A stretch of 64,000 bases of DNA from assembly GCA_002698995.1 (NCBI GenBank), contig PAAX01000001.1, positions 1,422 to 65,421 on the forward strand, given 5' to 3'. The notes beneath the pieces were generated by a model. It was not told the origin of the DNA and searched no databases. It saw nothing but the letters and a program-made list of their open reading frames with translations. Source of the stretch: Ignavibacteriota bacterium (GTDB lineage: Bacteria; Bacteroidota; Ignavibacteria; Ignavibacteriales; Melioribacteraceae). A program made the translations under genes and the position numbers. Below are positions 28,398 to 40,281 of the stretch, one piece after another (within the stretch, counting starts at the first letter, position 1; every line of letters starts with the position of its first letter).

Positions 28398-29429
28398 ATG
28401 AACAATTTTATTGATTTAAGAAGTGATACTGTAACTAAACCATCTGAAGAGATGAGAAAAGCAATGTACAATGCTGAGGTTGGAGATGATGTTTATAAAG
28501 AAGATCCTACTGTTGCTAGACTTGAAAAATTATCTGCTGAAATTTTAGGAAAAGAAGCAGCTTTGTTTGTTCCAAGCGGAGTGATGGGAAATCAGATTTG
28601 TTTGAATATACTTACTAATCCTGGTGATGAAGTGCTATGCGAAAGAGATGCTCATATTTTCCAATATGAATCGGGCTCACCTGCTGCATTAAGTGGAATT
28701 CAAGTTTCTACAATAGAAGGAGAAAACGGAATTCTTTCTCCACAGCAGATTGAGGAAAATATCAGACCTGTAGAAGCATACTACATGGCTCGCACTAAAG
28801 TAGTTGAGATTGAAAATACTCACAACAGAGCAGGCGGAGTAATACAGCCAATAGAAAATATTGAAGCAATTAAGAATGTTTGTGATAAGCACAATTTATT
28901 TTTTCATTTAGATGGTGCTAGATTATGGAATGCTTCGGTCGAATCTGGAATAGCCTTAAAAGATTACACAAAATATTTCATTTCGGCGTCATGCTGTTTA
29001 TCAAAAGGATTGGGAGCTCCTGTTGGTTCGGTAATAGTTGGAGAGAAAGAATTTATAAATCAAGCTTTCAGAATTAGAAAGGCTTGGGGAGGCGGAATGA
29101 GACAAGTTGGAATTTTAGCTGCCGCCGGAATTTATGCAATTGAAAATAATCTTGCCAAATTAAAAGATGATCATCAAAAAGCAAAAATTCTTGCTCAAGG
29201 TATTTCTAAAACCGGCGCCTTTTCAATCAATTTAGAATTAGTTCAGACAAACATAGTAGCATTCAAACCGCTTTATCATAAATCGACTGAAATAATTAAA
29301 AGGGCTAAAGAAAAGGGATTATTAATTTCAGATGGTAAACCGGGATTTTTAAGAGCAGTAACTCATCTTGATGTTACTTTTGAAGAAATTGAAAAAGCTG
29401 TTGAAATTATTAATCAAGTTGTAGATTAA
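28398..29429 (+). CDS. ltaE: Low-specificity L-threonine aldolase
   Basis: DLRSDTVTKPS N-terminus and a PLP-lysine region CLSKGLGAPVGS. Confidence 0.85.
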   Translation: MNNFIDLRSDTVTKPSEEMRKAMYNAEVGDDVYKEDPTVARLEKLSAEILGKEAALFVPSGVMGNQICLNILTNPGDEVLCERDAHIFQYESGSPAALSGIQVSTIEGENGILSPQQIEENIRPVEAYYMARTKVVEIENTHNRAGGVIQPIENIEAIKNVCDKHNLFFHLDGARLWNASVESGIALKDYTKYFISASCCLSKGLGAPVGSVIVGEKEFINQAFRIRKAWGGGMRQVGILAAAGIYAIENNLAKLKDDHQKAKILAQGISKTGAFSINLELVQTNIVAFKPLYHKSTEIIKRAKEKGLLISDGKPGFLRAVTHLDVTFEEIEKAVEIINQVVD

Positions 29430-29438
29430 GGAGATTAC

Positions 29439-29882
29439 ATGGAAGGATTTAATCATTCATTAAACCAAGTTGTTGAATTCCATGAAGTTGATATGCTCGG
29501 TGTATGTAATAATGCTGTTTATTTTAACTATTTTGAAAATGCCAGAATAAAATATGTTAAAGATCTAAAGAAAAAATATAATTTAAAAGAATTGCTTGAA
29601 GGGAATTCTTTTTTTATTATGGTTCATAATAATTGTGATTATTTACAATCAGCTCATTTAGATGATGAACTAATTATTTTTACAAAGATTGATTTTGTAA
29701 AAAACACAAGTTTTGGATTTAAGCATTTGGTATATAAAAAAATAACTGACAAGATTATTGCTAAAGGTGGAGGTGTTGTCGTTCATATTGATAAATCAAC
29801 TCAGACTCCAATTCCTTTACCACAAGAATTCTATGATGCAGTTCAAAATTTTGAAACTGATGTTCTGATTAAAAAAAAGTAA
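29439..29882 (+). CDS. 4HBT/YbgC-like acyl-CoA thioesterase
   Basis: Hotdog-fold size and an N-terminal V.F.E.D..G...N..Y pattern. Confidence 0.7.
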   Translation: MEGFNHSLNQVVEFHEVDMLGVCNNAVYFNYFENARIKYVKDLKKKYNLKELLEGNSFFIMVHNNCDYLQSAHLDDELIIFTKIDFVKNTSFGFKHLVYKKITDKIIAKGGGVVVHIDKSTQTPIPLPQEFYDAVQNFETDVLIKKK

Positions 29883-29909
29883 ATCATTAACAAATAAAAG
29901 TAAATCAAA

Positions 29910-30593
29910 ATGGCTATAGTTTTCGATATTGAAACTGTAGGGTTCGACTTTGATTCTTTAACCGATTCTCAAAAAGAATATTTATTAAGATATGCTGAAA
30001 AAGAAACGGATCCTAATAAACGTCAGGAAATGACAGATGAAGCAATCCGCTATTTAAGTCTTTATCCTTTTACTGCTAAAATAGCAGCAATTGCAATGCT
30101 TAATACCGATACGGAAAATTCTCTGGTCCTTTATGATGGCATTGATGAAGACTGGGAAGTTGAAGAAAAGAAAATAAAGTATTCAGCTTGTAATGAAACC
30201 GAAATGATTTCAAAATTTTGGGAATTTGTCTCTAAGACTGATAAAGTTGTCACTTTTAACGGAAGACAATTCGACATTCCATTTTTAATGCTTCGTTCGG
30301 CAGTATTAAGAATAAAGCCGACAGTAAATTTTATTGGCAACAGATATAATACAACCCAGCATATTGATTTGCTGGAAAAGTTTACTTTTTATGGATTGGT
30401 TAGAAAATTCAATCTAGATTTTTACTGTCATGCTTTTGGAATCGAATCCCCCAAAAGTAAAGGTGTAACCGGAATGGAAGTTAAAGAACTTTACAAAGCC
30501 GGAAGAATAAAGGATGTTGCAGTGTACTGCGGTGAAGATGTTAAAGCAACTTATAAGTTGTATGAAATCTGGAAAAATTATTTGGATGTATGA
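29910..30593 (+). CDS. PolB-exonuclease-like 3'-5' exonuclease (RNase H fold)
   Basis: ExoI FDIET, ExoII FNGRQFDIPFL and ExoIII YCGEDVKATYKLY. Confidence 0.75.
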   Translation: MAIVFDIETVGFDFDSLTDSQKEYLLRYAEKETDPNKRQEMTDEAIRYLSLYPFTAKIAAIAMLNTDTENSLVLYDGIDEDWEVEEKKIKYSACNETEMISKFWEFVSKTDKVVTFNGRQFDIPFLMLRSAVLRIKPTVNFIGNRYNTTQHIDLLEKFTFYGLVRKFNLDFYCHAFGIESPKSKGVTGMEVKELYKAGRIKDVAVYCGEDVKATYKLYEIWKNYLDV

Positions 30594-30630
30594 GTGATAA
30601 CTCAAATAAAGAATAGTTTACTAGAAGAAG

Positions 30631-31317
30631 TTATCCGTTAGATACGTTTTTATGTTTTTGTTTTTGAGGAGTTGAATACTTTTTTACGAAATTTGAAGTA
30701 CTATTCAATTTATCATTTTTTATGAATCCTTCCTTAATTAACAGTTCAACAACAAATTTTAACATATCTTCGGAAATGTTTAATTCTTCTCTTACATTAT
30801 TTAATTCTTCGGTTTGTTTGTCAATTTCAATAAGAAGTTTTGTTATTTTATCGGGATTTAACTCTTGATAAACCTGTTTGTTTTCAATCGGTAAATCTTC
30901 TTTTTCAACCTTACTTTTTACTTCTTTATTGATTTCCCTTCCAACCGGTTCTCCTGTTTTAATAATATGATCAACTTCGGAATCAATCACCATCAAAAGT
31001 TTTTCGTATTGTAAGGTCTCTTTTTTTACTAATTCTTTTAAAATTTCATTACTGGGCATTCTTTTATCATTAGGAAAAGGAGATTGAGATTGTATTGCAT
31101 TCTGCAGAAACTGTGTGAGTTCGGGACAACCATCGGGCAGATTTACTCTTTCATCGGCATACATTCTTAATGGAACAGCTTTATGAGAAGAAAAACAGTC
31201 AATTATTCTCTCAACATCTTTCCTTAATTTTTTTAGATAAGCTAATCTTTCTGCCGGCGTTTGTAGCACATCTAAAAAAAATTTGATTTTATAATAATTG
31301 TATGAACCGAACTGCAT
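30631..31317 (-). CDS. Hypothetical protein
   Basis: 228-aa ORF with no recognised motif. Confidence 0.55.
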   Translation of the reverse strand: MQFGSYNYYKIKFFLDVLQTPAERLAYLKKLRKDVERIIDCFSSHKAVPLRMYADERVNLPDGCPELTQFLQNAIQSQSPFPNDKRMPSNEILKELVKKETLQYEKLLMVIDSEVDHIIKTGEPVGREINKEVKSKVEKEDLPIENKQVYQELNPDKITKLLIEIDKQTEELNNVREELNISEDMLKFVVELLIKEGFIKNDKLNSTSNFVKKYSTPQKQKHKNVSNG

Positions 31318-31535
31318 ATTCCCTTCGAAATAATTACAAGTAATTTTTACTTATTACATTCAACTTCGCTTCTTAATAACTCTAAATAACTCTTAAATAA
31401 AGCATAATTTGGAATCTGTTGAGATATAAGGTTCAATAAATGTGCCTTAATTTTTCAATAAAAATTGCTCTTATGCTTTTTCAAAATTCTCTAACTTTAT
31501 GAAAAATGTTATATTGTATTTCTAATTAAAATTGG

Positions 31536-33770
31536 ATGGAAATGTTAGAGCCGGAAGTTAATTTAGATTTAGCAAAAGAACATGGATTTACTGAAGAAGA
31601 GTATAACTGGGTTTGTGAAAGATTAGGGAGAATCCCAACTTTTACCGAATTAGGAATATACAGTGTAATGTGGAGTGAACATTGCAGTTATAAAAATTCA
31701 ATAGCCCTTCTTAAAACTCTTCCGAGAGAGGGTGGAAAATTGTTAGTCGGTGCCGGTGAAGAAAACGCCGGATTAGTTGATATTGGTGATGGACTTGCAG
31801 TAGCATTTAAAATTGAAAGTCATAATCATCCTTCTGCAGTTGAACCTTATCAAGGGGCTGCAACAGGAGTAGGCGGAATATTAAGAGATATTTTTACGAT
31901 GGGTGCTCGTCCAATTGCTGCATTAAATTCACTCCGTTTTGGTAATCTTGATGATGCAAGAACAAGATATTTATTTGAAGGAGTAGTTAAAGGAATTGCT
32001 GATTATGGAAATTGTTTTGGTGTTCCTACCGTTGGCGGTGAAGTTTATTTTGATGAATCATATAAAGGAAATCCTTTAGTTAATGCAATGGCAATTGGTA
32101 TTGTTAAAGTTGATCAAACTGCATCTGCAACAGCAAAAGGTAATGGTAACCCGGTTTTAATTGTCGGTTCTTCTACCGGAAGAGACGGAATTCACGGTGC
32201 TACCTTTGCTTCTGAAGAGATAAGTGAAAAATCTGAAGCTAAAAGACCATCGGTTCAAGTTGGTGATCCTTTTACTGAAAAATTACTGCTTGAAGCTACT
32301 CTTGAAATAATAAAGAATGACTGGATAATAGGTATTCAAGATATGGGAGCTGCCGGAATTTCCTGCTCTACTTCAGAAATGAGTGCAAAGGGAAAATCCG
32401 GTATGGATATAGATTTAGATAAAGTACCTTTGCGCGAAGAAGGAATGTCTGCTTACGAAATTATGCTTTCTGAAAGTCAAGAAAGAATGCTGGTGGTAGC
32501 AAAAAAAGGATACGAAGATAAAGTAATTGAAACATTTGAAAAATGGGATTTAAATTGTGCTGTTATTGGTACTGTAAATGATTCGGGTATACTTAAAATT
32601 CATCAAAATGGTGTAATGAAAGCAGAGTTAAAAGCGTGGGATTTAGTCCTCGGCGGCGGAGCTCCGGTTTATTATAGAGAGACTAAAAAACCGGATTATA
32701 TTGAAAAGAAACACTCATTCGATTTTAATTCTTTATCTGAATCAAAAAATTTAACTGAAGTATTTGAAAAAGTTGTTTCTTCTCCAAACATTGCATCAAA
32801 AAAATGGGTTTATAATCAATATGATTCAATGGTTAGAACAAACACAATTGTAGGTCCCGGTTCTGATGCTGCAGTGATTTATATTAAAGATACTAATAAA
32901 GCTTTAGCTGCAAAAACCGATTGCAACGGAAGATATGTTTATTTAAATCCAAAAGAGGGGACAAAAATTGCGGTTGCTGAATCTGCTAGAAACGTAGTTT
33001 GTTCCGGTGGTACTCCTTTAGCAATTACTAACTGCTTGAATTTTGGAAATCCATATAAACCAGAGAACTATTGGATGTTTAAGCAGGCAATAGAAGGAAT
33101 GGGAGAAGCATGCAGATATTTTAACACTCCTGTTACTGGCGGAAATGTAAGCTTTTACAATGAAAGTCCAGAAACTTCTGTATATCCAACTCCTACTATT
33201 GGTATGGTTGGATTGATTGAATCATTAGATCATATTACAACGGCAGATTTTAAGGAGGAAGGGGATTTAATATATCTTCTTGGAATTGATAATGAAGAAT
33301 TAGGCGGAAGTGAATATCTCAAAGTTATTTATAATTTGGTTGAAGGAAATTCACCTGCATTAGATTTACAAAAAGAAAAAGATTTACAAACAACATTATT
33401 AAGTTTAATAAAGAAGGGATTGATAAGATCGGCGCATGATATTTCGGAAGGGGGATTAATAACATCATTAGCAGAAAGCTGTATAATTAATTACGAGAAA
33501 CCTTTAGGTGCCGAAGTTCTTATTCCAATAAATAATCGTATTGATTTTTCACTTTTTTCAGAATCTCAATCGAGAGTAATAATTTCAATTTCACCAAAAG
33601 TTAAAGATGCTTTTGAAAAGGAAATTTCTAAATCATTTACACCTTATAAATTTATTGGAAAAGTTGGAGGGGAAAAACTTATTGTAAATCAAGAAATATC
33701 AATAAGTATAAATAGACTAAAAGAACTTTACTATCAATCAATTCCGTCAAGGATGAATGTCACAGTTTAA
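31536..33770 (+). CDS. purL: Phosphoribosylformylglycinamidine synthase subunit PurL
   Basis: [33 protein letters not shown], duplicated AIR-synthase-like domains. Confidence 0.95.
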   Translation: MEMLEPEVNLDLAKEHGFTEEEYNWVCERLGRIPTFTELGIYSVMWSEHCSYKNSIALLKTLPREGGKLLVGAGEENAGLVDIGDGLAVAFKIESHNHPSAVEPYQGAATGVGGILRDIFTMGARPIAALNSLRFGNLDDARTRYLFEGVVKGIADYGNCFGVPTVGGEVYFDESYKGNPLVNAMAIGIVKVDQTASATAKGNGNPVLIVGSSTGRDGIHGATFASEEISEKSEAKRPSVQVGDPFTEKLLLEATLEIIKNDWIIGIQDMGAAGISCSTSEMSAKGKSGMDIDLDKVPLREEGMSAYEIMLSESQERMLVVAKKGYEDKVIETFEKWDLNCAVIGTVNDSGILKIHQNGVMKAELKAWDLVLGGGAPVYYRETKKPDYIEKKHSFDFNSLSESKNLTEVFEKVVSSPNIASKKWVYNQYDSMVRTNTIVGPGSDAAVIYIKDTNKALAAKTDCNGRYVYLNPKEGTKIAVAESARNVVCSGGTPLAITNCLNFGNPYKPENYWMFKQAIEGMGEACRYFNTPVTGGNVSFYNESPETSVYPTPTIGMVGLIESLDHITTADFKEEGDLIYLLGIDNEELGGSEYLKVIYNLVEGNSPALDLQKEKDLQTTLLSLIKKGLIRSAHDISEGGLITSLAESCIINYEKPLGAEVLIPINNRIDFSLFSESQSRVIISISPKVKDAFEKEISKSFTPYKFIGKVGGEKLIVNQEISISINRLKELYYQSIPSRMNVTV

Positions 33771-34686
33771 GTTTCTGAAAATAGTTGGTAAATATTTTAC
33801 AACAGCTAGATACAGAAGAGTAATTAATTTTTTTGATCATTACTTTAGAAAGTTGTTTAAAAGAATTGATGAAAACCATATGTATCTTGCTGCCGGGGGA
33901 ATAGCATATTCTATACTTCTAAGTGCAATTCCTTTTGTACTGCTTGTTTTTTCTATCCTTGGAAATATTATAAATCCCGAAACAATAGAAATTCAGTTAA
34001 AAACTCTTATTGATACTGTAATTCCATATCCTCAATATTCAGATTATACCATGCAGTTTATTATGTCTAGAATTACCGAAGTTATTCAATACAAAACAAT
34101 TACTGCTTATCTTGGTGCGTTTGGTTTACTCTTTACCTCAACTTGGCTTTTCAGCAGTATGAGAACTACCTTAAATGGAATTTTTAAAGTAACAGAAAAC
34201 AAAAATGCATTTATTGCTCTGCTTAGAGATTTTGGAATGGTAGTTCTTCTAATAATTCTTCTGGCATTTTCAACCTTCATTTTACCGGTTCTTAATGTAT
34301 TAACAAATGCTGCTGAGTATTCAAATCTTTTTAAGGCTTTTCAACTAAACGAATTAATCGATATTTTATTTTCGATTGGTTCTATTGTTATACTTTATAT
34401 TCTTTTTTTTCTATTTTATTACTTAATACCATACGAAAATTTAGGAAAAAGAGTGCCGGCTGTAGCTGCATTTTGGGCAACTTTATTATGGGAATTAGCT
34501 AAAACCGGATTTGGTTATTACGTTTCAAATTTTTTAAGCAGCGGCAAATTATACGGTGCATTTATATTGATTGTAGTAATTATCTTTTGGATTTTTTATT
34601 CATCAATTTTATTTGTTTTGGGAGCTGAAATAGGTCAGCTCTATAGAGAAAGACAACAGGAAAAAAAAGCTAATAATGATACGTGA
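33757..34686 (+). CDS. YihY/BrkB family membrane protein
   Basis: [16 protein letters not shown] motif and six TM helices. Confidence 0.8.
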   Translation: MSQFKFLKIVGKYFTTARYRRVINFFDHYFRKLFKRIDENHMYLAAGGIAYSILLSAIPFVLLVFSILGNIINPETIEIQLKTLIDTVIPYPQYSDYTMQFIMSRITEVIQYKTITAYLGAFGLLFTSTWLFSSMRTTLNGIFKVTENKNAFIALLRDFGMVVLLIILLAFSTFILPVLNVLTNAAEYSNLFKAFQLNELIDILFSIGSIVILYILFFLFYYLIPYENLGKRVPAVAAFWATLLWELAKTGFGYYVSNFLSSGKLYGAFILIVVIIFWIFYSSILFVLGAEIGQLYRERQQEKKANNDT

Positions 34687-35140
34687 AAAATTCTTAATCC
34701 AATTATCTAAAGAACATCACGATTTTTTAATTTTAGCACAACTTTTAAAAAAGGATGTACCCGATTATAAAGGTCTGCCCAATAATCTAAATGATAAAAT
34801 TCTTTATGCAAAAGATAAATTCAATTCGAAAATCAAATCCCATTTTTTTACCGAACAGAAAATTTTTGACTACCTAAAAGATGTAGATCATATTTATACC
34901 GAGTTATGCAGCGAATATGAAAATGATCACAAAATAATTGAGAGAATGCTGTTAAACTTAAATCCGAATTTTAGTGACATAGAAAACCTGAATGAAGTCG
35001 GAATAAAGATATATGATCATACTAGAAAAGAAGAAAGACTTTTATTTCAGCAATTACAAAGTACATTAACCGAAACTCAGAAAAAAGAAATAGAAAAAAT
35101 TATAGATAATTCTAAAATTGAAGAAGAGAAGGATTCATGA
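34676..35140 (+). CDS. Hypothetical protein, possibly hemerythrin-like helical
   Basis: LSKEHHDFL-type helix. Overlaps both neighbouring genes. Confidence 0.5.
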   Translation: MIREKFLIQLSKEHHDFLILAQLLKKDVPDYKGLPNNLNDKILYAKDKFNSKIKSHFFTEQKIFDYLKDVDHIYTELCSEYENDHKIIERMLLNLNPNFSDIENLNEVGIKIYDHTRKEERLLFQQLQSTLTETQKKEIEKIIDNSKIEEEKDS

Positions 35141-36498
35141 ATATAAAGTTTCTTCCCTTAGGCGGAGCAGACGAAATTGGAGCCAGTTGTTATTATCTAA
35201 ATATTGAAGGAACTGGTATTTTACTTGACTGCGGAATTCATCCTCGTAAAATTGGTTATGCCTCTTTACCAAATTTAGATATTCTTAAAAATTTACCGGT
35301 TGATTTTTGTATAGTAACTCATGCGCATCAAGATCACATCGGAGCACTTCCAATCTTAATTAAGCAGTATCCTCATGTTAGAATTTATGCAACCAAACAG
35401 ACTGTTGAAATTGCCGAGTATACACTTCACAATGCAGTAAAAATTTTACGCGAAAGTTTGGGAGATACTCCCGAACTTCTATACACACATGAGGAAGTCG
35501 ATCTTCTTGTAAGATCAATGATAGATTACAGGTATAATGAAACTTTTGAAATTATTGGTCTGCGTCATAATTCTAATGAAACTATTAAAGTGAGATTTTA
35601 TGATGCGGGACATATTCTAGGTTCTGCTTCTGTACTTTTAGAGCACGAAGGGAAAAGAATTTTCTATACCGGCGATATAAATTTTAATCCGCAAAGTTTA
35701 ATGCAGACTGCACTTCCTCCTTCAAAACCTGTTGATATTCTAATTACCGAATCTACATACGGTGCAAAAACTACAGAAGATTTTAACGATTGGGATAAGG
35801 AAAGCGATAGATTTATCAATTACCTTAATTCAATTATAAATAAAGGAGGATCTGTATTAGTCCCGGTTTTTGCTCTTGGAAAAACTCAAGAATTATTATC
35901 AACACTTCATAAAAAATTAGTTAAACGAAAATTGACTGATACAACATTTTACACAGGCGGTTTGGGCACAAAAATAAATAAGTTATATGATAAGAATAGA
36001 TTCCTTGTAAATTACAGCGATCCCGAATTTGAACTCAGTAATATAGAACAAACAGATGCATACCAGATAAATGATTTACAAACTTATGTAAAAAATCCCG
36101 GTATTGTTTTGGTTAGCAGCGGAATGCTTCTTAGGAATACATTCTCATACAGTTTATTATTGTATTGGTTAAATCAATCCAAATTTGGTATTGCTTTTGT
36201 TGGTTATCTTGATCCAGAATCTCCGGGATATAAAGTTTTAAATGCCGGTACTGGAAACAAAGTAGAACTTTCCGAAAGTATGGAAGTCAAATGTTCTATA
36301 GAAAAATTTAGTTTTACAGCACATGCAAGAGGTGATCAATTAATTAGTTTGGCAGAACATCTTAAACCATCAAGAATAATTTTAGTGCACGGAACTGATG
36401 AAGCAAAAGATACATTAGGCTTTAAACTGTTGCAAAAATTTCCTAATATTAAATTGAATTCGGCAGCAAAATTAAATCAAATAGAGATAAAACTATGA
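35137..36498 (+). CDS. MBL-fold beta-CASP family hydrolase (RNase-like)
   Basis: HAHQDHIGALP (HxHxDH), later DAGHILGSA, ESTYG and a C-terminal VHG. Confidence 0.85.
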   Translation: MNIKFLPLGGADEIGASCYYLNIEGTGILLDCGIHPRKIGYASLPNLDILKNLPVDFCIVTHAHQDHIGALPILIKQYPHVRIYATKQTVEIAEYTLHNAVKILRESLGDTPELLYTHEEVDLLVRSMIDYRYNETFEIIGLRHNSNETIKVRFYDAGHILGSASVLLEHEGKRIFYTGDINFNPQSLMQTALPPSKPVDILITESTYGAKTTEDFNDWDKESDRFINYLNSIINKGGSVLVPVFALGKTQELLSTLHKKLVKRKLTDTTFYTGGLGTKINKLYDKNRFLVNYSDPEFELSNIEQTDAYQINDLQTYVKNPGIVLVSSGMLLRNTFSYSLLLYWLNQSKFGIAFVGYLDPESPGYKVLNAGTGNKVELSESMEVKCSIEKFSFTAHARGDQLISLAEHLKPSRIILVHGTDEAKDTLGFKLLQKFPNIKLNSAAKLNQIEIKL

Positions 36499-37070
36499 AC
36501 AGTGAATTAGGTTATGTAGAAAAATATGCCGGCTTTTGGAAAAGATTTGTGGCTTACATTATTGATGAAATAATTCTTGGATTAATAAGAACAATATTTA
36601 TTGTGCCGGTTGTAATTTTTACCTCATTTAGTCTTGCACCTTTTTTTGAAGAGAGATACGATCAAAATTTTGTTTTATCAAATTTTCCGGAAGATTTAAA
36701 CGGATCGGAGATTGCAGTTGGATTTATGGTATTTGCAGTAGCTGTTTCAATTATATTGATTGCTCTTATTTCCGGCTGGCTTTATTATGCAATCATGGAG
36801 TCATCACAAAAACAAGCTACTTTTGGTAAAATTGTTTTATCCATTAAGGTAACTGATGTTGAAGGGAACAGAATTTCATTTGGAAGAGCCTCGGCAAGAT
36901 ATTTTGCAAAAATTCTTTCTTCTATCTTTTTTTATATCGGTTATATTATGGCGGCTTTTACTGAGAAAAAACAAGCACTTCATGATATCCTTTCACAATG
37001 CCTTGTTATAAATAACAATGCAGAAATTTTTAGTAAACTTGATGATCAAAGCAATACAGCTTCATATTAA
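36495..37070 (+). CDS. RDD family membrane protein
   Basis: FWKRFVAYIIDEII ... ALHDILSQCLVI. Confidence 0.8.
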   Translation: MNSELGYVEKYAGFWKRFVAYIIDEIILGLIRTIFIVPVVIFTSFSLAPFFEERYDQNFVLSNFPEDLNGSEIAVGFMVFAVAVSIILIALISGWLYYAIMESSQKQATFGKIVLSIKVTDVEGNRISFGRASARYFAKILSSIFFYIGYIMAAFTEKKQALHDILSQCLVINNNAEIFSKLDDQSNTASY

Positions 37071-37130
37071 GTTTGCACTCTTTTTATTCGATAATTTGTC
37101 TTAAAGTTTTTTGAGGAATTTTTTTATTTA

Positions 37131-40100
37131 ATGTTAGATGATTATAAAAATATAAATGGTGATCCCGATCTTTTGATTCGTTTATTAGAAAAAAAAGTAA
37201 ATGATCTTATTCATGAAAATGTTTTGCTGCGGAATGAAAATAAGAATCTAAAGATTACTCTCAATTCGGGAAAAGTATTTTGGTGGGAGTATAATTTAAT
37301 TACCGGTGAAGTAAACATAAATCCGAATTTAATTCAAAACCTCGGATACACATCTGATGAAATTAATGAATTTGATGATCAATTAAAATTTCTTGTTTAC
37401 CCTGAAGATTATTCGAAGCTGATTAAAGCAATTGAAAAACTGATTGCCGGCAATGATAATTATATTTCAATAGATTATAGAATAAAAGATAAGAATGAAA
37501 AAACTGTATGGATCTCAGATACAATTTCAGTTTTTGAAAGAGATGATGAAGGAACTCCAATAAAGCTTCTCGCAATTTCTATTAATAACGATGAGAAGAA
37601 AAGATTTGAAATTGCATTGCATAAAATGCTAAACAACTCATTGTTCGGATTCGTAATCTTTAAGGACGAAAAAATTGTATTTGTTAATGAAAACGCAAGT
37701 AAACTTATCGGTTTTTCAAAAGAAGAAATTCTCTCATTTACAAAAGATGATATTGCAAGAATTATTTATCCCGATGACATTGAACTGTTTATTAAGCAGT
37801 ATAGAGAATATGAAACTTATAATCCGTCAATACATAAATTTATTTTCAGAATTGTTAATAAATCGGGTAAAATAATTTGGCTTAATGCCAATTTTTCTAA
37901 TCTAATTTTTAACGGGAATGAAACTCTTCAGTTAACCTTTATTGATATTACCGATTTAATAAGAACGGAAGAAGAAAAACTACAAATCTCAGAAGATTTT
38001 ATAAAAACTATTCAAGAACTTAACATTCACATTTTCCGCTTCAAAAAAGTTAATGATGAGTTTATAAATACTTTCAGTGCCGGTAAACTTGCAAGTGAAT
38101 TAGATATTTCCAAGTCATCTCACAGCAGAGATGAAAGAAATATTCTTACTGTTTTTGGAAAAGAACATTATGAAATATTTCACGAAAATTTTGAAAAAGC
38201 ATTTGATGGGAATGAAACAGTTTTCAGTTTTTCAAAAAATAAAAAATGGTACACTGTTAATCTTGTTCCTTATCAATTGGATAGCAAAGGAAATACTATT
38301 GAAATACTTGGTAAAATAAATGATATAACTTCACGGTATGAAACTGAGCAGAAAATTAGAAAGACAAACGAAAGATTGGAAATAGCACATTCTGCCGGGA
38401 ACATTGCATGGTGGGAGCTTGATTATGAAACTCAGACGGTTGAATGCGATAAAAATTATGCTACAATATTAGGATTTGATGAAAGCGAATTCCCAATTTC
38501 ATTTGAAGAGAGATTAAAATTAATTCACCCCAATCATCTTCCCGATGTAGAAGAAAAAGTTCAAGAACATATAAAAAGAAAAACCGATTTTTATGAAATT
38601 ACCTATTTGGCAAAAACCAAAGCCGGAAACTACAAATGGGTTTATGACCGGGGAAAAATTATAAGCAGAAATGAGTTTGATGAACCATCCAAAATGATTG
38701 GTGTATTTATGGATGTTTCACAACTGAAAGAAGCAGAAGCTAAATATAAATTGGAAGCTGAAAAGGGAAATGCAATTTTAAAAGCAATTCCCGATTCTAT
38801 GTTTATCTTTGATAAAGAATACAGATATGTAGATTACTATGTTAAAAATCCGGATTTATTATTTGCACCTCCGGAAGAATTTCTTGGTAAAAGAGTTGAT
38901 GAGGTGCTCCCTCCAATAAATAATGAAAATATTCTTGATCAGCATTTCCAATTAGTTACCGAGCATCCCGGAAAAGTAAATACTTTTGAATACTCGGTAA
39001 TTAAAGAAAAAGAACCTCGTTATTTTGAATCGAGAGTTGTATTTACCGGAAGTTTTTATCTTGTAATGGATAGAGAAATAACGAACGAAAAACGTCATCA
39101 CTTAAAAGTAAATGAAATTGCAAAACGATTTAGACTTGCAACCAAAACAGCACAAATGGGAATTTGGGATTGGGATATTTCCAAAGATAAGCTGCTTTGG
39201 GATTCCGGTATGTATAAAATTTATGAAACTGAAAAACACAATTCAATTATCAACTTTGATTTTTGGAGAGTTCGTATTTTTCCCGAAGATAGAATTTTAG
39301 TTGAAAAAGCAATTGAAGATGCGCTTAAATTTGACAAAGAATTTAATCCCGAATACAGAATTGTAACCGGCAGCGGAAAAACTAAATATATAAAAGCATT
39401 TGGACAGGTTTTCAAGGATTCAAATAATAATCCAATTAGAATGATCGGTTTGAATATGGATATTACCGAAAGAAAACTGATGGAAATAGAACTTGAAAAA
39501 GCTAAAGAAAAAGCAGAACAATCCGATAAGTTGAAATCGGAATTCCTTGCGCAGATGTCTCATGAAATAAGAACTCCGGTTAACAGCCTTCTTTCATTTG
39601 CAAGCTTAATTAGAGAAGAAATGAAAGAAATTATTACCGAGGATGTTGAAGAAAGTTTTAAGGTAATGTCCAATGCCGGAAGACGCATTATAAGAACAAT
39701 TGATTTAATTCTTAATATGAGTGAAGTTCAGACCAAATCTTATGAAGCGGTTTACGAGAAAATTGACTTGTATGAAGAAATAATTACAGAACAAAATCAT
39801 GAATTTAAATTTATTGCCAGAGAAAAAGGATTAAATTTCTCGGTTAACAATAATGCTGATAATACTATTGTTATTGGGGATAAATATACAGTCGGTCAAA
39901 TTTTTAACAATCTAATTGATAATGCAATAAAATATACCAGAGAGGGATTTGTAAATGTTAATTTCTACAATAAGAATAAAAATCTTTGTGTAGAAATTGA
40001 GGATTCCGGAATTGGTATTTCAGAAGAGTATAAGAAAAATATTTTTATTCCGTTTACCCAGGAAGATTCCGGTTATACTAGAAAATATGAAGGGAATGGT

Positions 40101-40223
40101 TTAGGATTAGCATTAATAAAAGAATATTGCAGAATAAATAATGCCGAAATCACTTTTTCCAGCGAAAAGGGAAATGGAACAACTTTTACAATTATTTTCA
40201 AAAATTATGAAACCAATAAATAA
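37131..40223 (+). CDS. Multi-PAS sensor histidine kinase
   Basis: H-box SHEIRTPVNS, N-box NLIDNAIKYT, G-boxes DSGIGI and GNGLGLA. Confidence 0.9.
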   Translation: MLDDYKNINGDPDLLIRLLEKKVNDLIHENVLLRNENKNLKITLNSGKVFWWEYNLITGEVNINPNLIQNLGYTSDEINEFDDQLKFLVYPEDYSKLIKAIEKLIAGNDNYISIDYRIKDKNEKTVWISDTISVFERDDEGTPIKLLAISINNDEKKRFEIALHKMLNNSLFGFVIFKDEKIVFVNENASKLIGFSKEEILSFTKDDIARIIYPDDIELFIKQYREYETYNPSIHKFIFRIVNKSGKIIWLNANFSNLIFNGNETLQLTFIDITDLIRTEEEKLQISEDFIKTIQELNIHIFRFKKVNDEFINTFSAGKLASELDISKSSHSRDERNILTVFGKEHYEIFHENFEKAFDGNETVFSFSKNKKWYTVNLVPYQLDSKGNTIEILGKINDITSRYETEQKIRKTNERLEIAHSAGNIAWWELDYETQTVECDKNYATILGFDESEFPISFEERLKLIHPNHLPDVEEKVQEHIKRKTDFYEITYLAKTKAGNYKWVYDRGKIISRNEFDEPSKMIGVFMDVSQLKEAEAKYKLEAEKGNAILKAIPDSMFIFDKEYRYVDYYVKNPDLLFAPPEEFLGKRVDEVLPPINNENILDQHFQLVTEHPGKVNTFEYSVIKEKEPRYFESRVVFTGSFYLVMDREITNEKRHHLKVNEIAKRFRLATKTAQMGIWDWDISKDKLLWDSGMYKIYETEKHNSIINFDFWRVRIFPEDRILVEKAIEDALKFDKEFNPEYRIVTGSGKTKYIKAFGQVFKDSNNNPIRMIGLNMDITERKLMEIELEKAKEKAEQSDKLKSEFLAQMSHEIRTPVNSLLSFASLIREEMKEIITEDVEESFKVMSNAGRRIIRTIDLILNMSEVQTKSYEAVYEKIDLYEEIITEQNHEFKFIAREKGLNFSVNNNADNTIVIGDKYTVGQIFNNLIDNAIKYTREGFVNVNFYNKNKNLCVEIEDSGIGISEEYKKNIFIPFTQEDSGYTRKYEGNGLGLALIKEYCRINNAEITFSSEKGNGTTFTIIFKNYETNK

Positions 40224-40281
40224 AAATTGGATTTATAATTAACTCAACTGTTATTTTTGTGCGATTTAATTTGGAACTGAA

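Noticed and set aside
31318-31535. Purine or ZTP riboswitch in the 218-nt leader of purL
   Set aside because: The leader is uniformly AT-rich. I see no conserved riboswitch core sequences and no stable terminator or anti-terminator stem.
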